Below the pieces are notes generated by a model. It searched no databases, had not been told where the DNA came from, and saw nothing but the letters and a program-made list of their open reading frames with translations. From contig OZ316775.1 of assembly GCA_973851085.1 (NCBI GenBank), positions 6,510,001-6,574,000 on the forward strand: a stretch of DNA of 64,000 nt, read 5' to 3'. Positions 27,748 through 42,387 of this stretch are shown one piece after another. Within the stretch, counting starts at the first letter, position 1. The number at the start of each line of letters is the position of its first letter. The position numbers and the translations under genes are program-made. This DNA comes from Ptychomitrium polyphyllum (Eukaryota).

Positions 27748-30369
27748 GTTATTATAACTTTTTAATCTTAAATTGGTAGTGATAAGAATTTGGTTGTTAA
27801 TGGTAAGTTTATTTTGGTCTATAATTTTTTAGTGGCTAATGTAATGAGTAGAAGGTAGAAAAGGAGAATTTGCATGATGTGTAAATACATTGATATCTTT
27901 GTAAGAAAACTTGAATAATTCAATTATAAATTGACCATTGATTAAAGTCCAAGTTGCATACAACCTTTGAGATCTTCCAATATCATAATACTACAATCAA
28001 TGCTTGCATTAGAATTTATTCATTTTATGTACAATTTTTAGAATCAGAAGTTGAAAAAAATCTCATTAAAGACTTTAATTTAGTGTTTTTGTTTTGATAT
28101 GAATTTGAAAGTTTGAGATTCCACATTGTGCCTATAATTGTCCAAATAAAAATATATCATGTGAAGAGGAGCATGTTTTTTAATGCTCATAGTCCACATA
28201 AATTTTTGAATGTTTTAAACAATGTATATGCTTGATAAGTATGATTTTTATTTTTCAAGAATTAAAAAGATCCATTGTTTTAATTTAAAATGCTTTTGAG
28301 TTTTTTGCAAGTGAACAATCAAAAATTGAATGTTAGTCAAGGCAAATAGATCTTGTTATTTATTGGTCATATGATTAAATTTCTGCAACTGCATGTATGT
28401 CTTAAAGGTACTTGTATTTTCTAAAATGTACCATAAATTAATTATTATTTATTAGTATGCTAGGAAATTAAATTAAGTAACTACCTTAATCAATTATTGC
28501 GGTTGAAATAAGTACTTCTTTAAATTATTCTATATGAATGCAGCTACTCTTTTCTTAAAAGCAAAGGTACCACAATAAAATGTGTTTAAAGAGCACCATC
28601 AAAGAAATTGTAACAAAGTAAAATGTTCATTGCAAGAATATCTTAAGGTTTATTTTTTAGTTCAAATATTCCAAAAGAGCCAATAAAAATCTCAACTAAT
28701 TTATCAAATTCCTATGCTAAATCAAAATTCTAATTGATATCATTATTTGTTATATTAAAAACTTAGATCCTTCTAGTATTTAATAATTTCATATAATATA
28801 ATAGGTTCAATTGATGGAAAATTTATAGCAAATTTGAAAGTATCTATTTATAGCAAAAGCATTAAAATTGAGAAATTTATGTTTTTATCATTAAAAGACT
28901 AATTAGTCATCATAAAAAATCTTGAGTGGAATTCTTTTTACCTTAATTCAAAAAACAAAAATATTAAATTTAATGCCTTTGAAAAAATGTCTTACAATGA
29001 CTTAATTTAAGTCCATCTGTATACAAATTTATTTAATACCAAATTTACAATAAATAAAATAAGATTTTTTTTTCTATTTACTTTCATTTAAGCTTAAAAG
29101 ACAAAAAAGATGTTAATTTGAAACCATTGCATATGTTGAATTTAATTTGATTAAAGAAATAACTTTAAAGTAAATCTAAATAAGGGTCACATTTAAATCA
29201 AAACTCTAATCCAAAGGCAAAAAATAAGCATTAATATTGAAGGAATAATGAAAGTTTAAATCCAATCTTTTGTAAAAACAAGAAAAAATTGTATAAAATA
29301 TTAAAAAATTACAATCAAATTTTTTAAAAAATTTGATATTAACAAAATTAAGAATTTAAACCATTAAGATGAATAAGACAAAAAAAAATAATACAACTAT
29401 CAAAAGAAATAAATTTTATTTAAAATTTAATGACAATTATTAATTTACATAAAAAATTAGACATAAATATTTAAATCTACAAATCAATTTATCATAAAAA
29501 AAATAGTTTTTGAAAACCATCAATAAATTCTTTATAAATTAATTGAACAAATAGGATTAGTTATAAGGTTAAAAATAGCATGGACCACCTTAGTTGAAAT
29601 GAGGCATTAATAAATTGTTCAATTAAAAAGCAAAATATTTGAATGTCAACTACAACTATTAATTAAGAAAAGCCAATAGAAAATCAAGAGTATGATTTTA
29701 ATAATAACTACTGCAATAAAAAAACTATTGGTGGCTATTTGATAATTGTTAAGTGCAAGGATGGTCAGATTTACATATTTATTTATTTGTATTTATGAAA
29801 TTTGAATATTTTTCAAAAAAAGTTAGAAGAAAGATCATTTTTTGAAAAATCTTCTCAAATTTTTTGTAATATTTGTCATTGATATTACATAACATTAATA
29901 TTATATGTCATTAATATTATATGACATTTATTGTCATAATAAATCACTTAAAGATTATATTATTCATAAACAATCTATTAATACCTTCTTCCAAATAGGA
30001 ACTTATTGACAATTACTATTAGTGAAACAAATTTGATTCTTTACATTGAGTATGATGGCAAGGTATTAGAATTGATGACACTAAATATAATTTATGGTGT
30101 AATAGAGGAAGGCACCAAAACAAATTCAATTCCTAGTTCAACATTTTTTAATTTATATTACAAGCTTGTGACAAACATCATCGAAAAGAAAACGTATTAA
30201 AATACTATTAATAGTCAAATTTATAAACTCAAAATACAATGGCTAATTTCAACAAATGTTTTTCGAAATATAAAAGAAAAATTAATCAACCGTTATAAAA
30301 CTTAAGGTGTGTCATCATATGGGGATCATCACGGTATCACCAAGTAGCGTAGGTATCACATGAGTAACA

Positions 30370-30790
30370 GAAAAGGTCGGCGGTATGGTAATAATGAAGA
30401 AAGAAAATCACTGCTGCGGGAGTAGAACTGCTGCGGGAGTAGAACTGCTGACCAGGCGTGGGTAAAATTCGAGATGCCAGCTATATCGCTTTAGAAAGCA
30501 AGAAAGGGCGCTGACTGGCGGTATGATTCTTGGGAGAGGGTCAAAAAGGTGGCCCTTGTCGTCTTGCGCCTGAAGAGCCAGGATGTTCCAATAAAGGATC
30601 GTATTCCTTCATTGCTCTCAAGATTGCATTCTGATCAAGCCGAATCTGGGCAACTGGTAGCACATGCAGATCGAGGCTCACTCGCTCACGCGCTCGCCTC
30701 GCCCCCACCCTCCCCCTCCAGCATCGCCCATTCGCCACTGCCGCCACGCCCACTCCTCGACTGCGGTATATATCTTCACCGCCTCACACC
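30370..30790 (+). promoter_or_regulatory. Putative promoter of the plus-strand DREB gene
   Basis: TATATA at 30767-30772, GCCGCC at 30740-30745, DRE core GCCGAC (minus) at 30376-30381 and a 17-bp tandem repeat at 30410-30450. Confidence 0.5.
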
Positions 30791-31093
30791 ATGACTCACC
30801 AAGACCAACTTTCTAGCGTCCTGTGTCTTTTGTGCGAAGTTCACAAGGGTTGCAAACTCCTTACCTTGCAAGTGGCAACCAGTCTCATCAAAACAAGTGC
30901 ATTTGCTGGGATTTCCTCAAGAGCTTGCCCTTTCTGGCGAACTCAACTACTACTACTTTTGCAGCTTGTTTTCAGCGTGTTGAGGAAAATCTGGTTTGTT
31001 GGTTCGTTGGGGATTGTGAATTGAGAGTAGTGGCATTTAAGATTCGAAAAGTGCCAGTTTGTGAGTCGGTCGGAGAGTTTTTTGGTAGGAGCT

Positions 31094-31855
31094 ATGGTTG
31101 AGAAAGTAGCGGTGTCGTCAATGCATGGGAAGCGAGGGGGCAATCTATTGGCGCCCCTGAAGAAGCATGGGATTAGTTCGGCTATGAAGAGGTCGTCGTC
31201 CAAGGGTGAGAAGGTTGGGACCGTGCAGCCGGCGAGTCCGAAGGTGTACAAGGGAGTGCGCATGCGGACGTGGGGGAAGTGGGTATCGGAAATTCGAGAG
31301 CCGAACAAGAGGTCGCGCATTTGGCTGGGGTCGTTTCCTACTGCAGAAATGGCGGCCAAGGCTTATGACGCTGCGGCTGTGTGCTTGAGAGGACATTCCG
31401 TGAAGCTCAACTTCCCTGATTGCCCTCCGCAGCTCACTGCCCGCTGCAACTCCCCACACGAAGTGCAAGCTGCAGCTACCGCAGCTGCAGCGGCTTGCAT
31501 TCCGCCGGTAGCGTCCCCGGCTATGGACAATCTCCACTGCGGTACTCAGACGTTTGAGAGCAGCCCAATTCGCTTGTCGCATTCGTCCCCCAGCATCAGC
31601 TCGGAGGATGAAGCAGGGGATATGGAGCTGCAAACCTCCGATCTCACACTCTCCTTGGATTCTCATGCCGTACCAGTGGAGGAGTGGATCAAGGCTGAAT
31701 TCGGTGACATGGAGGTCCATGATGTTGACAATTCTTTCATTTTCTCTGAGCTTATTATTGATCGCATGCTGCTGAGTTTTTGCAACGACGAATTTAGAAC
31801 GGAGTGTTTACCCATGGATACCACATTCTACGAGTCTAATTTGTGGTGCTTCTGA
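31094..31855 (+). CDS. AP2/ERF transcription factor, DREB subfamily (TINY/A-4-like, group III), 253 aa, intronless
   Basis: AP2 domain [53 protein letters not shown], the [13 protein letters not shown] motif, an acidic tail and a terminal LWCF (LWSY-like motif). The first ATG is at 31094 (MVEK). Confidence 0.95.
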   Translation: MVEKVAVSSMHGKRGGNLLAPLKKHGISSAMKRSSSKGEKVGTVQPASPKVYKGVRMRTWGKWVSEIREPNKRSRIWLGSFPTAEMAAKAYDAAAVCLRGHSVKLNFPDCPPQLTARCNSPHEVQAAATAAAAACIPPVASPAMDNLHCGTQTFESSPIRLSHSSPSISSEDEAGDMELQTSDLTLSLDSHAVPVEEWIKAEFGDMEVHDVDNSFIFSELIIDRMLLSFCNDEFRTECLPMDTTFYESNLWCF

Positions 31856-34800
31856 TGTGCTAGTTTAGGTCACAGTGTGATTTTTTGCGTTGCCCGTCAA
31901 AGCGGAAACGTTTCTTGGAGATTGCCTGCAATTTTAGGATTAGACCTGTGGAAATTTTGACGATCGCTGTGAAGCGTTTGCTTGTGTCTAATGCGCGGGC
32001 ATGTCCAGGAGTTGACAAGATTAGGGTTGGATTCTGGAATGTTTTTGACGCTCTTCGAAGAAATGGAAGCGTTTTACCCGTTTTGATACGGGGCTTTTCC
32101 AATGTCATGTCATCATATTTAGCGCAAATTTGAAGAGGGCCGATGGTTTGAGCCACAGATTTGAGTGCTAAAGTATCTTGCAAATAGGAATCCTTGCCAG
32201 TGTAAGAGCCCAGAAGGGTATCTAACTGCAGTTGTAAACAGTTGGGACTGATGAATTCAACATGCTGATTCCCTCATTTTCAGAACGAGTGTCCATATCC
32301 CTCAACACTGTTCTTCTAGTGCATTTTATTCCAAATTTTTATACAAGTGAATTAATTTTGTGTGAACGGCTTGCAATCCTTTAGGCTCCTGCATTTTCTC
32401 TCTAAAGATAAATATATGGGCAAACTCCATGGTGTGGCATCATTTGATCATGCTGAGAATATGACGTGCACATTGAACTGTATGGTAATCTTATCTGGAG
32501 TTCCTTTGGAAAACATGAGCATCCTTAGTTGTTATCTAGTCCAAGCTCAACTTACTGCAGCAGGAGATTGTGATCTTAGGAAGCATAACTAAAAGAAGTT
32601 TTGTTGTCCCATGGTCAGGGTTGGTAAAATCGACAACGACACAACAATTGAGGGTGAATCACAACGTTGATATTATTTCTGCTTCAGAAAGAATAAATCT
32701 CTTGCTGCAAGGCGGAACAGAGTCATTAAAGGTAGAGAGAGCTAATATTTGAAGATTTTAACCCTTAACGTTGGAGTGTCTGCAAATACATTCAAACAAT
32801 GACTCATTGTGGATGTGTAAGGGTCAAGTAACTTCTTACGTATGTAAGTATGTAAGTGTGGAATACTTCTAAGCAAAAGTGATAGAATTTAAAGTTTGTA
32901 GTCCAAATGTGAAGAAAACAGAATTTCTGAATTTACCTTGTTTTTTTAATGAAATGCCAAATTGATATGCAAAACATTTATTTACTTACATTATTTATAA
33001 GATATGTCCGTATTTTATAATTATGCTGTTCCACCTCAGAAGCTGCACTCACCTTCTAACCAGTAAACATACGATTCCTTCCCAAGCGTATCACTCACCT
33101 TCTATTTTAAAACTGCAAGTGCATCTACAAAGAAAATTGCAGTCAATTGCCGAGTGCTGTCTCTGGAAAATGGTAAGCTATTGAGGCAGCTGATGGTCGA
33201 TTTGGTATTGAGGATTGATTGCCAGTGCTCAGCCTATTTGGTTGAAGGCAAAATTTGGAAATATTCATCAAATTGGCAGATTTGACTCTGTTGGTTTATG
33301 GAGCACTTGTAGTAGAAGAAATTTGATTGTAGATTGGGACTGTCTAAACAAAGTGTAAGTTTGTTCCACCTGTAGTCTATATCTACATAACATATGAGGG
33401 ATATAGGATTACTTCTCTCTTTCAAAATAGTCATTTCATTTCAATAATCAAGGATAAGCTATTAAAAACCTACAATTCAATAGAAAACATTTTTTTGGAT
33501 TTGTATTAGTTTGTTTGTTTTTAGGTGGTAGTTGCTAAGTCATGAGCTCAATTCTAATTGGCTATGAGTGTATATCTCATCTTTTTAGTCTAAGTTTTAT
33601 ATTTTGTTGACTTATACAATTATGTGTAGATATGTAGTGCTTGGCATTTCAAAATTAATACCAATTAAGGACTTAATTACAAAATTTGTAACAATATGTT
33701 TTGAGCGCTAATAAACTAAAGTGATTTATATGGATGCCATAAGTTTTATTGTAGTTTATAATAGATCATGTGGATTAACAACAAGTTGATTGTTTTAAAA
33801 TCTTCTTTTAAGAAGGAAAATAACCATGGGAAGGTGTATGGCTAATATGTTAATGTATTTGAAAATATATTTAATACATATTTATAAAATATTAACTGTT
33901 TTGTTTTAAAGTTTTCATTAAATGCTATTTATGATTGTAGCACCGCTTAATATTACAATGAATGATTCAACATTCCATTTTCTTGTGATAATATTGTTAA
34001 TAAACTGATAATAATTTATTTTTTTCTTTGTAAATTTTTTAAGGAATAATCTATCATTGTGATTTTTTTGGATTCAGATAAAGTATTATAATTATATCTT
34101 TGATTGTCACAAGTGCAAAGAAAAACCTAAGGTAATAATGTATTCTTTTGAAGATTATTTTTGAATGTTTTAGCACTAATGAAGGTATTCCAACATTCAT
34201 AATACCTTAATTTTTTTGAAGAAAATACTATTTTTCTTACTTCCTAAATAATTTTAAAATATTTAATTACTAAAACATGGATGTGATTTTGTTTGCATTT
34301 AAGTTGTATATATAGCTATATATGCAATTTGAGAAAATTACACATATGGCATGTAATAATAGACTAACCTCATCTTCTGATAAAGATTTGCTTATAAGCA
34401 AGGCTTTTATTTTATTTAAATACATAATTTTGTAGGAAAAAACTTCTATTATTTTACAAAAATGGTATGTTTTTTCCAAAATTCTTATTTTTTATTGTTA
34501 TATCAATTTTCTTTGCATTAAAATGATGATGTTAAGCATTTCATCCAAAAGAAGAAGCAAGAATTAGCAACATATATCTTTTTTTTCGATATAAATACCA
34601 TTGGCTTTTGTTACATTGGACCGGTAACTTATAATCAAGCCATAGTTACTCTTCCACTATTGACACATGTGTCAAAGGACATTGAATGGCAAAAAACAGA
34701 GGCTATATGTAATCAAATAATCCGCACTATTTTGACGCTCCAACACACCGTTCTACCAACGTTTGTGTCTTTTCTACCAGACCAATTAAATACCTTTCAC

Positions 34801-34959
34801 CTTTTTGCAGCCCAACATGTATGTACACAATTCCAATAATAAAATATTACAATTTCATTACAAAAACTCATTCCATTATTTCTAAGACTTATTGATTATT
34901 TCCGCCAACATCTTTGTTTTATACTACTACCAAATCCCATCCCTTTAATATTGATAATT

Positions 34960-37900
34960 CCTATTACAGCTGTCAACCGCTATATGCCGGTCATATTAGT
35001 AATGATTGATAGATATATAGTAATCAATATATTAATTGGTGGCGGATTAAGGATTAATGTCATTATCAAGAAATAACACATCCATTTGGGTCTTCCAAAT
35101 CCGTCTTTGGCTCCTTATAGGCTTTGCATGGTAAATGGTTTTTTAATCCAATTCATTAATATTTTGCATGATATTAAGATTTACATCCACAACATTCCTT
35201 ATATTGGCATCCTCACAATTATTATCTGTCATGACATCCAATTTGCCTACTCTATTTTATTTGGCCATTCATGGTTGAAAAATATGCAGGTTATTCATAA
35301 ATTAAACAAAATCAGAGTCATGGCAAATGATGCAATTAAGGCTCAAGTGGTCTAGCAAGAACTCAACCTTAAAGCTACAATACCTGATATACTTGTTTCA
35401 TACAATTTTGTGTAAGGCATTACCAATGAAGAAGAGACTATATTCCTTCGCTTTTATTCCATTGGTATCCTCACTCTCAACAACCTATCAAAGGTTGTCA
35501 ATTTGGACAATTCTTTTATTATCATTCCACATGTTTGGACTCCATTTCTATAGATGCAATATCAATTACTAACACCTTAAAGCGCTACAAGGTTGCAAAA
35601 TAGAATACTATCAAAGAGTCCTAGTTTTGCCTCTTGAACCTTGATACTACTAAAAACCTTGCAACCATTAAGGTTAACATTGATAAACCAAATGATTTTG
35701 CAGCACAAATTGAAGTCTTTTTCCAAAAATTTAAGAATATTTTTACTTGAACCTATACAAATTTGACATATATACTAACTAGCATTGCTCAACATTATAT
35801 TAAATTTGATAGTACAATTTCCTGTCAAGCTTACTAGAATATGAATTCCAACTCTGCCAAGGCGGTAAAAGACAACCTCGATCGTCTCTTGACCGCTAAG
35901 TTAATTATTCTAATAACATAAGCTTCTTGGTTTTTTTATTGTTGTGGTAGTACTAAAGAGAAATGGTAAGCTTTGCATATGTGTTGATTTTTGCAAAATG
36001 AATGCATCCACCAAAAAAAAATTGCATCTACTACTATTTATCAACAATGTTTTTAACTCGATAGTTGGACATAAGACGTATTCTTTTTTGGACAACTTCT
36101 TCAACTATCATCAAATCAAGATCCTTTCAGACAATTGACACAAAATTGCATTCATTATCAAACAAATGATATTGTTTTGGATGATAATGCCATTTGGTCT
36201 CAAAAACTCACCACCTATATATTAACATGTCGTCAACCAAGCCTTTAAAAACTATCTAGGAGACATTATGAAGATCTTTCTTAATGATTTTAATATTTAC
36301 GGTAATTTATCTATCCATCTAATTAAATTTCAATTATGCTTCATAAAATGCCACAAATTTGAAATAAGCCTTAACCTTGATATAAGCATCTTCCTTGGTT
36401 ATTCTGGAACAATTCTAGGTTATATAGTTTGTAATGCCAATAAATTTTTTAATCCTACAAAAATCAAGGACTTAGCGGATATGCCTCATCTCTCGACTAT
36501 CAATGAAAATTCAAATGGTCAATGGCATAGCTCAATTCAATAGATGCTTCATTTGTAATTATGTGGCAACAATGGTCTCCATTATAAATTCACATGGAAA
36601 AACAAGTCATTTCACTAGACCACTAAGTATGAAATAGCCTATCAAGAGATCAAAAACTGGTACCCATTAGCATCAATCTTCATATTGATAGATTGGAAGC
36701 TAGAATTCTACATCTATATCAATGCATCTAATTTGGCACTTGGAGCTATGCTAGCGCACTATTCTACTAATTGCATTGACCAACCTATTGCATATGCTTA
36801 TCAATTCTTTAGTAAGGTCAAGAAAAATTATACCACTACCAAATGGGAAGCTTGATAATGGTTTTAAAAAAAAAATCAATATTATTACTTGAATATTAAG
36901 TTTGTTTTATTATAATTGTCACATGATTCTCTTATATTTGGTGAACAAGATTCAAATGTTTGGTAGGATAGCTTATTGGCTCTTATTGCTTTTAAAATTT
37001 AATTACTCTATAATTTATAAACTTGATAAAGCATACAATATTGCTAATGTCTTATACCACAAAACTGCCAATGGTTCATCCATTATCATTATCAATACAT
37101 TGGTAGATGCAATGGTTTTTACTAGTAGAACCAAAAAAAATGTATACCTTGCAAGGTTACCTTTAAATTGGTAATTTTTGTACATGCTATATACAAAAAT
37201 ATAGCAAGCGCTTGGTTTTTAAAACTATTCTATTTCAACTCATTGACAACAAACTCTACCACCAATGCAAATTTTTTGTCTTTTGCTGTTGTATCTCTTT
37301 TATTAAGGTACCAATTTCTTATCAAGATATTGAGATATTGGCGGACACTTTTTAATTGATATCTATTATTGGGCTACCGAGTGTTATTCCCGATACTATC
37401 AAACTTTTCCTACTGATCTTTTCCTATCAATACTATTAAACATCCTCCAATGATAACTACTAGATGATAGTAGTAGTCTAATAGTTTAGACAAATAGTTG
37501 TAAATCTACTTTTATACGATCTTGAATCTAATATTTAAACCCTCAACTAAGAGAATTGAGGATGTGTTGTATTTGCCTTTGTTCTATGAAAGAAGTTATA
37601 CACTCCATCCTCTGATTCATTTATCAGTTTTATCTTTAAGTATATGTTTATATGCAGAATTATCCATTCTAGCAATATAGTAGTTTGTAGTTTGTTCCTT
37701 ACAACTACTATGTCTCCTCCATTTGGTAGTATCAACTGTAAATTCATATCGATTGTTTTTCCTAGATCTAGATGCTTTAATAAGGAACTACCAAATATGA
37801 GAGTACTTGGTAGTTACCAATCACAATATTAATGTAGCTGATTTTTATTAGATAAGGATTTTTAATAAGAAACTATTGAGTTATCAATTATTCAGTAGTT

Positions 37901-38960
37901 ATGGGCCATAACCATTACTAACCGTAACAATATCATTGATTAAAAAATTTGTAATGCCAATTATAGGTGGCTAATTTTATACAAAGATACATTCAATAAT
38001 TGCCAAATATGTCTAACTTGTCAACATACAAATAATCTTACAAAACCAATTACCAACAAACTTATTGCATATCTATTGAAAAAACCTTTTAATAGAATGG
38101 GGCCTTGATTTTAGCAAACCTCTCCTACGCATCCAATATCATGATAATTGGTACATCTTTCTTGCTACTATTTATGCTATCAAGTAGATGAAAAGCATAA
38201 CGTTATGTGGCAACACAACATCAAAGACTATTTAATTCTTTTATAAAATAATTTTTACCTACTTTGGTTGTTTCTTCTACATTATCAATAATTAAGGGAT
38301 ACATTTCAATAATACAATAATCCAAATGCTTATGGAACACTTCTTGATCAAACACTCAACATCCATGACGTACTACTCCAAGGATAATGGCCAAGCTGAT
38401 TCAACTAAAGTCATCATTGATATGTTACAAAAATTTATAGACAATTACTATAATATCTTGGATATCCACTTTTCTACAACTATGTTTGTCTATTGTACTG
38501 CTTACAAGATGGCTACCAGTCATTCTCTAATATAACTTCTATATGAAATATTTCTTCTCATGCCTATTAAGCATCTAGTCCCAATAAATTGTACCATTGC
38601 TAACCATACCTATAACCACCATTGCATTATGGCCATTTAAATTACTGACTTAAAGAAGCTGGATGAAATCCACATCCATGCCCAAGATCACCAAGCATCT
38701 TGCAATAGAATCGTGTCCAACTTACTAGGACTTAAGGTAAAAGTAAATATTTTTATTCTTAGTAATTATATCCTATAGTACCTAAAAGATATCAACTTGT
38801 ATATTGATAAATGAAAAAACAAATGGTATAGTTCCTACCAAGTTCAATACTAGCTACCAAAAAAATCTTTACTATTAGTAGCTATTGATTATTTTGATTC
38901 CAATCGTGTCATTGTTGACGTTAATAAACTCAAATTCTATCATTATATTGATGCCATTCT
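34960..38960 (+). mobile_element. Degenerate non-chromovirus Ty3/Gypsy pol remnant
   Basis: Protease-like NILIGGGLRINVI (~35025), RT (VVVLKRNGKLCICVDFCKMN, YSFLDNFFNYHQIKI, MKIFLNDF), RNase H (~36660-37070) and integrase (WGLDF ~38098, YYSKDNGQADST) in gypsy order. LTRs not identified. Confidence 0.85.
37364..37929. mobile_element. Solo LTR (566 bp) nested in the Gypsy pol remnant
   Basis: TATTA(TG>TA)...TAACA termini and a perfect TSD ATATC (37359-37363 / 37930-37934). Same family as 17648-18215. Confidence 0.9.
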
Positions 38961-39699
38961 AATTATCCTACCCATAGCTTCCAACTTGTCTAAAACCATA
39001 ATTAATACTACTATCTCTATTAATGAAATTGCATGCCAAGAGTTAGTATTAATTATAATGACTCATTTTAATAATAAAAAATACTAGAATATTAAATTCT
39101 ACTCTCATTCTACTAGTTGCCATTCTAATCCTAATGGCTCACTTAATTCCTTCCTATTTTCTCCTCACGCTCTTCTCTATTCATTTATTAGTCTTCACTT
39201 ACAATTAGCCCCTCATTCTCTTTATTTTCTTTACTTGTGTAGAGCATATTTTCATTCTTCACCTCTTTCTTCTTTGTCTTTGGCCATAAATATTGTCAAA
39301 CAAAAATGTTTTCCAATCTATGGTGGCGCTTTAGATTGTCCAATAAGCAAACTTTGGTGGGACGTTATTTATATGCCTATGAACCACTTCCAACCCTGGA
39401 TAACTTTTGCTACCACTAATTCTACCAAGTTAAAATCTCTTTGCAGTATCAATTTATTAGAGTATGTCTAACTACCATGGAATTAGCCCTTGCATCATGC
39501 CAATTCCATTCTTAAATTTTTAAACACTGCACTTAAGCAGAATGATAATGGTTTCTTTGATACCATCTCCAATTGGCAGATACACATTACTAATAGCATC
39601 ATCTTGGGTATTTTATATCTTGAAGATGGCAAGATAACTTTTGTTCCATCCATGGTAGTTCTTGATAGGTTTTTAATAATAACAAGTCTTGCACCATGG

Positions 39700-42343
39700 T
39701 GCATGGTGCACGCTGCACCATGAACCCTCTCATTACAATTTTGCTCACCGAAAAGAGGTTGGACTTCATCTTTGGTACGTAAAACACGTCCTTGAACGTC
39801 ATGCGCTTGGACTTGCCTCCTATAACGACCTCCACCACACCATCATCATCCATGAGCACACTAGTGGTTATAATGACCTCATAAGTGTAAAAAGAGTACC
39901 TTTAAGGCATCATGTACTTCGTAGCATTCAAATCCATTATCCACTTGGATAGGGCAGCCATAGATGTCTCTTCTCTCGCCATCAAAATACAATCATCTCT
40001 TCCAAGGTAGTCCATCACATTGTTGACATTCTCCCTCTTGCCTCTTTTGGCCTTGTAGCAGTTTTGAGCAAGGTGGTCTAGTTTACTACAATTGAACCAA
40101 ACCTTGGTATCTTAGCCCAATATTGATGAATTGTCATGTGGTGATGGATATCCACGTGTTGATGGATTGCTCCATTTGCCTTGGCATGACACCATGGCAG
40201 CATCATCACCTTGGCGCTCTTTCTCCTTCTTCTTAGACACTTCATACACCAATCGCAATATAACAAAGTCCATCTTGAGCTCCTTTGTGGGTACGGTGTT
40301 GCGGTGAAAGTGGTAGCTATAAGAAACCGAGGGTCTTTTTTAGCATCTAATTGATCAAGGTCAAATGCATGAAGAGTTTTTATTTCTAACATCCAATAAA
40401 ACTAATACCTTATCTCAAATTTTCCCTCTATGCTGCCTTGAAATCCCAAATGCTAAATATGTCATAACTTCTAGATAACTAATCCAAAGCATCTAAAAAT
40501 TTAACAAAACCTTTTTGAAACATTTAATATGCTATATATAAATTCTGGTTGCCAAATCCTTAGTACCCTCTAAAATCCATAACTTCAAAGTTTACATTTT
40601 TCATTGCTATAGTTTCTATACCCCAATCACTTTACCACTTCATAACTCTTTTCTTATCACAAATTCAAACTTAAAACATCGTATACATAATTTGTATCTT
40701 ATAATAAACACCTTGTCAAAAGATCAATCTTAGAAATTCCTTTAATCATCTACAATGACATAAATTGTGCAACTCCAAACTCTACTGTACATTGTCCTCT
40801 AAGATCTCAGTTGCATTTTTCTTTGTATCTTTTGCTCAAAAAGTCCAATGCTCACCAAATTTGATACCATCTTTCCAAAGTAATTCAAATCTTTTCTCAA
40901 AATTTCACTTACAAAAGATGTTTCTACAAGAAATTACAAACATTTGAATAGCTGCCCTCAGAAACTCAAGGCAGCTAACTTAATTTTACTCAAACTAAAG
41001 CCACAACCACATACTAGCTCCAAATGGAGCGTGTGATGGCTTTCTGAAAAGCATACCAAAAAAAAAAGAACACACAATAAAAATCATTTCAAACTAAGAA
41101 ATATACTATGAGATCTCACCCAAAGAAGCGCTGCCTTCTTATTCTAATGAAAGAGGCCACGAGCGAAGAAGAGGGCAGTGATCAAACCATCACATCCGCC
41201 CTTTATCACTTCATATCAGCTATATTTCTCCACATCAACCCCTAATCTTTTTTATCAAATCCTTATCTAATCATATCTTCAAATAAAAAACAACCTACAT
41301 CATTTTCTTTTGTTTTTTCTTATTTTCTTTCTTTTTATTGAAACTTCTAGGTTCCAACTACAAAGAAGATAAAATCAACCCTCACAAATCTAAAATAGAA
41401 ACTAAAAAAACTAAAATAAATTAAAGAAAGTAGGAAAAAGATTGAAACTCAACAAGAAACAAGTTAAGAATAAAACCATTGTCGAGGTAGGATCAAACAC
41501 CAAGTCATGAATTTGGTTGACTAATTAAGTTATAGCTACTGAACTGGTCCGAGTTTGATTTTTGTCAAATTTGTTGAATAGAACGGCAACACTTGACTTA
41601 ATACTGCTAGCATAAATGGCAAGTAGGAAAAACCACAGTCAACCGGCTTAATGAGCTTGAGTTAAGACAAGATGCGGTTGCACCTCCAAGACAAATAAAA
41701 ATTGTGGTTTCATAACGATCCTTTTAATCCAATTATTTCTTTTTTTTAATATTCTTTTCCAAATACACCAAATAATAAATACTACTCAAGTTTTAAACTA
41801 TACAATTAAATACATCACGACAACAGTCTCGAATGTTTCAATCAAGTGCTTGTAGGAAGGTTGAAAACTCTCATTATAGATGATGATAATTTCTTCATCT
41901 CTCATGAGGTGGTCAAGGTAAGCAAATTGATCTACAAGCACCTTGATCTTGTTGACATGGTCCAACATATCATAACCTTCTTGCATTTTGCACATAAAGA
42001 GTTTGCGGCAAGTACAAAAGATGTTGGACAAGATCTTTATCTTGTGGTGGATGTTGCAAAGATTCTTCCATGTTTCTGCTAGCCCCTTGCAACTTCTAAT
42101 GTGAGCAAATTGGATGTCCACCAAATTGAGTCCAATGATGAACATTGCCTTCTTCACACACCGTTTTTAGTCCTTTGTGACCTTGGGATCGGCATCTAAA
42201 GGTGGAGTCTCCTTAAAATTGTTAACAATGTTCCAAAGGTCCATAGAATCCAACACCATTTACATCTTGAACTTCCAAAGGTTGAAGATTTTTTCATTGA
42301 ACTTGTCAACCACCTTAACACTCTTGCCTTCATATAATGCCAT
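39700..42343 (-). mobile_element. Ty1/Copia gag-protease remnant, split by a solo LTR
   Basis: Gag runs from ~42343 (MALYEGKSVKVVDKFN..NLWKFKM..KKAMFIIGLNL..LIETFE) and resumes at ~40296 (VPTKELKMDFVILRLVYE). A zinc knuckle (NCSKLDHLAQNC) and a Copia protease region (WIMDLNATKYM...KDVFYVPKMKSNLFSVSKI) follow. Confidence 0.85.
40297..41825. mobile_element. Probable solo LTR (~1.53 kb) inserted in Copia gag
   Basis: Termini TGTTGCGGTGA...TCACGACAACA (9/11 inverted match, TG..CA). Removing it restores the gag frame. No 5-bp TSD. Confidence 0.65.
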
Positions 42344-42387
42344 TTCTTGCCTACCTAAACCCTTAAGCTCTAAATCAACTCAAAGTA

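Noticed and set aside
30791..31024. 77-aa ATG-initiated ORF as a uORF of the second DREB gene
   Set aside because: The ATG is only ~24 nt after the start of the TATA box, probably at or upstream of the TSS; no conservation evidence.
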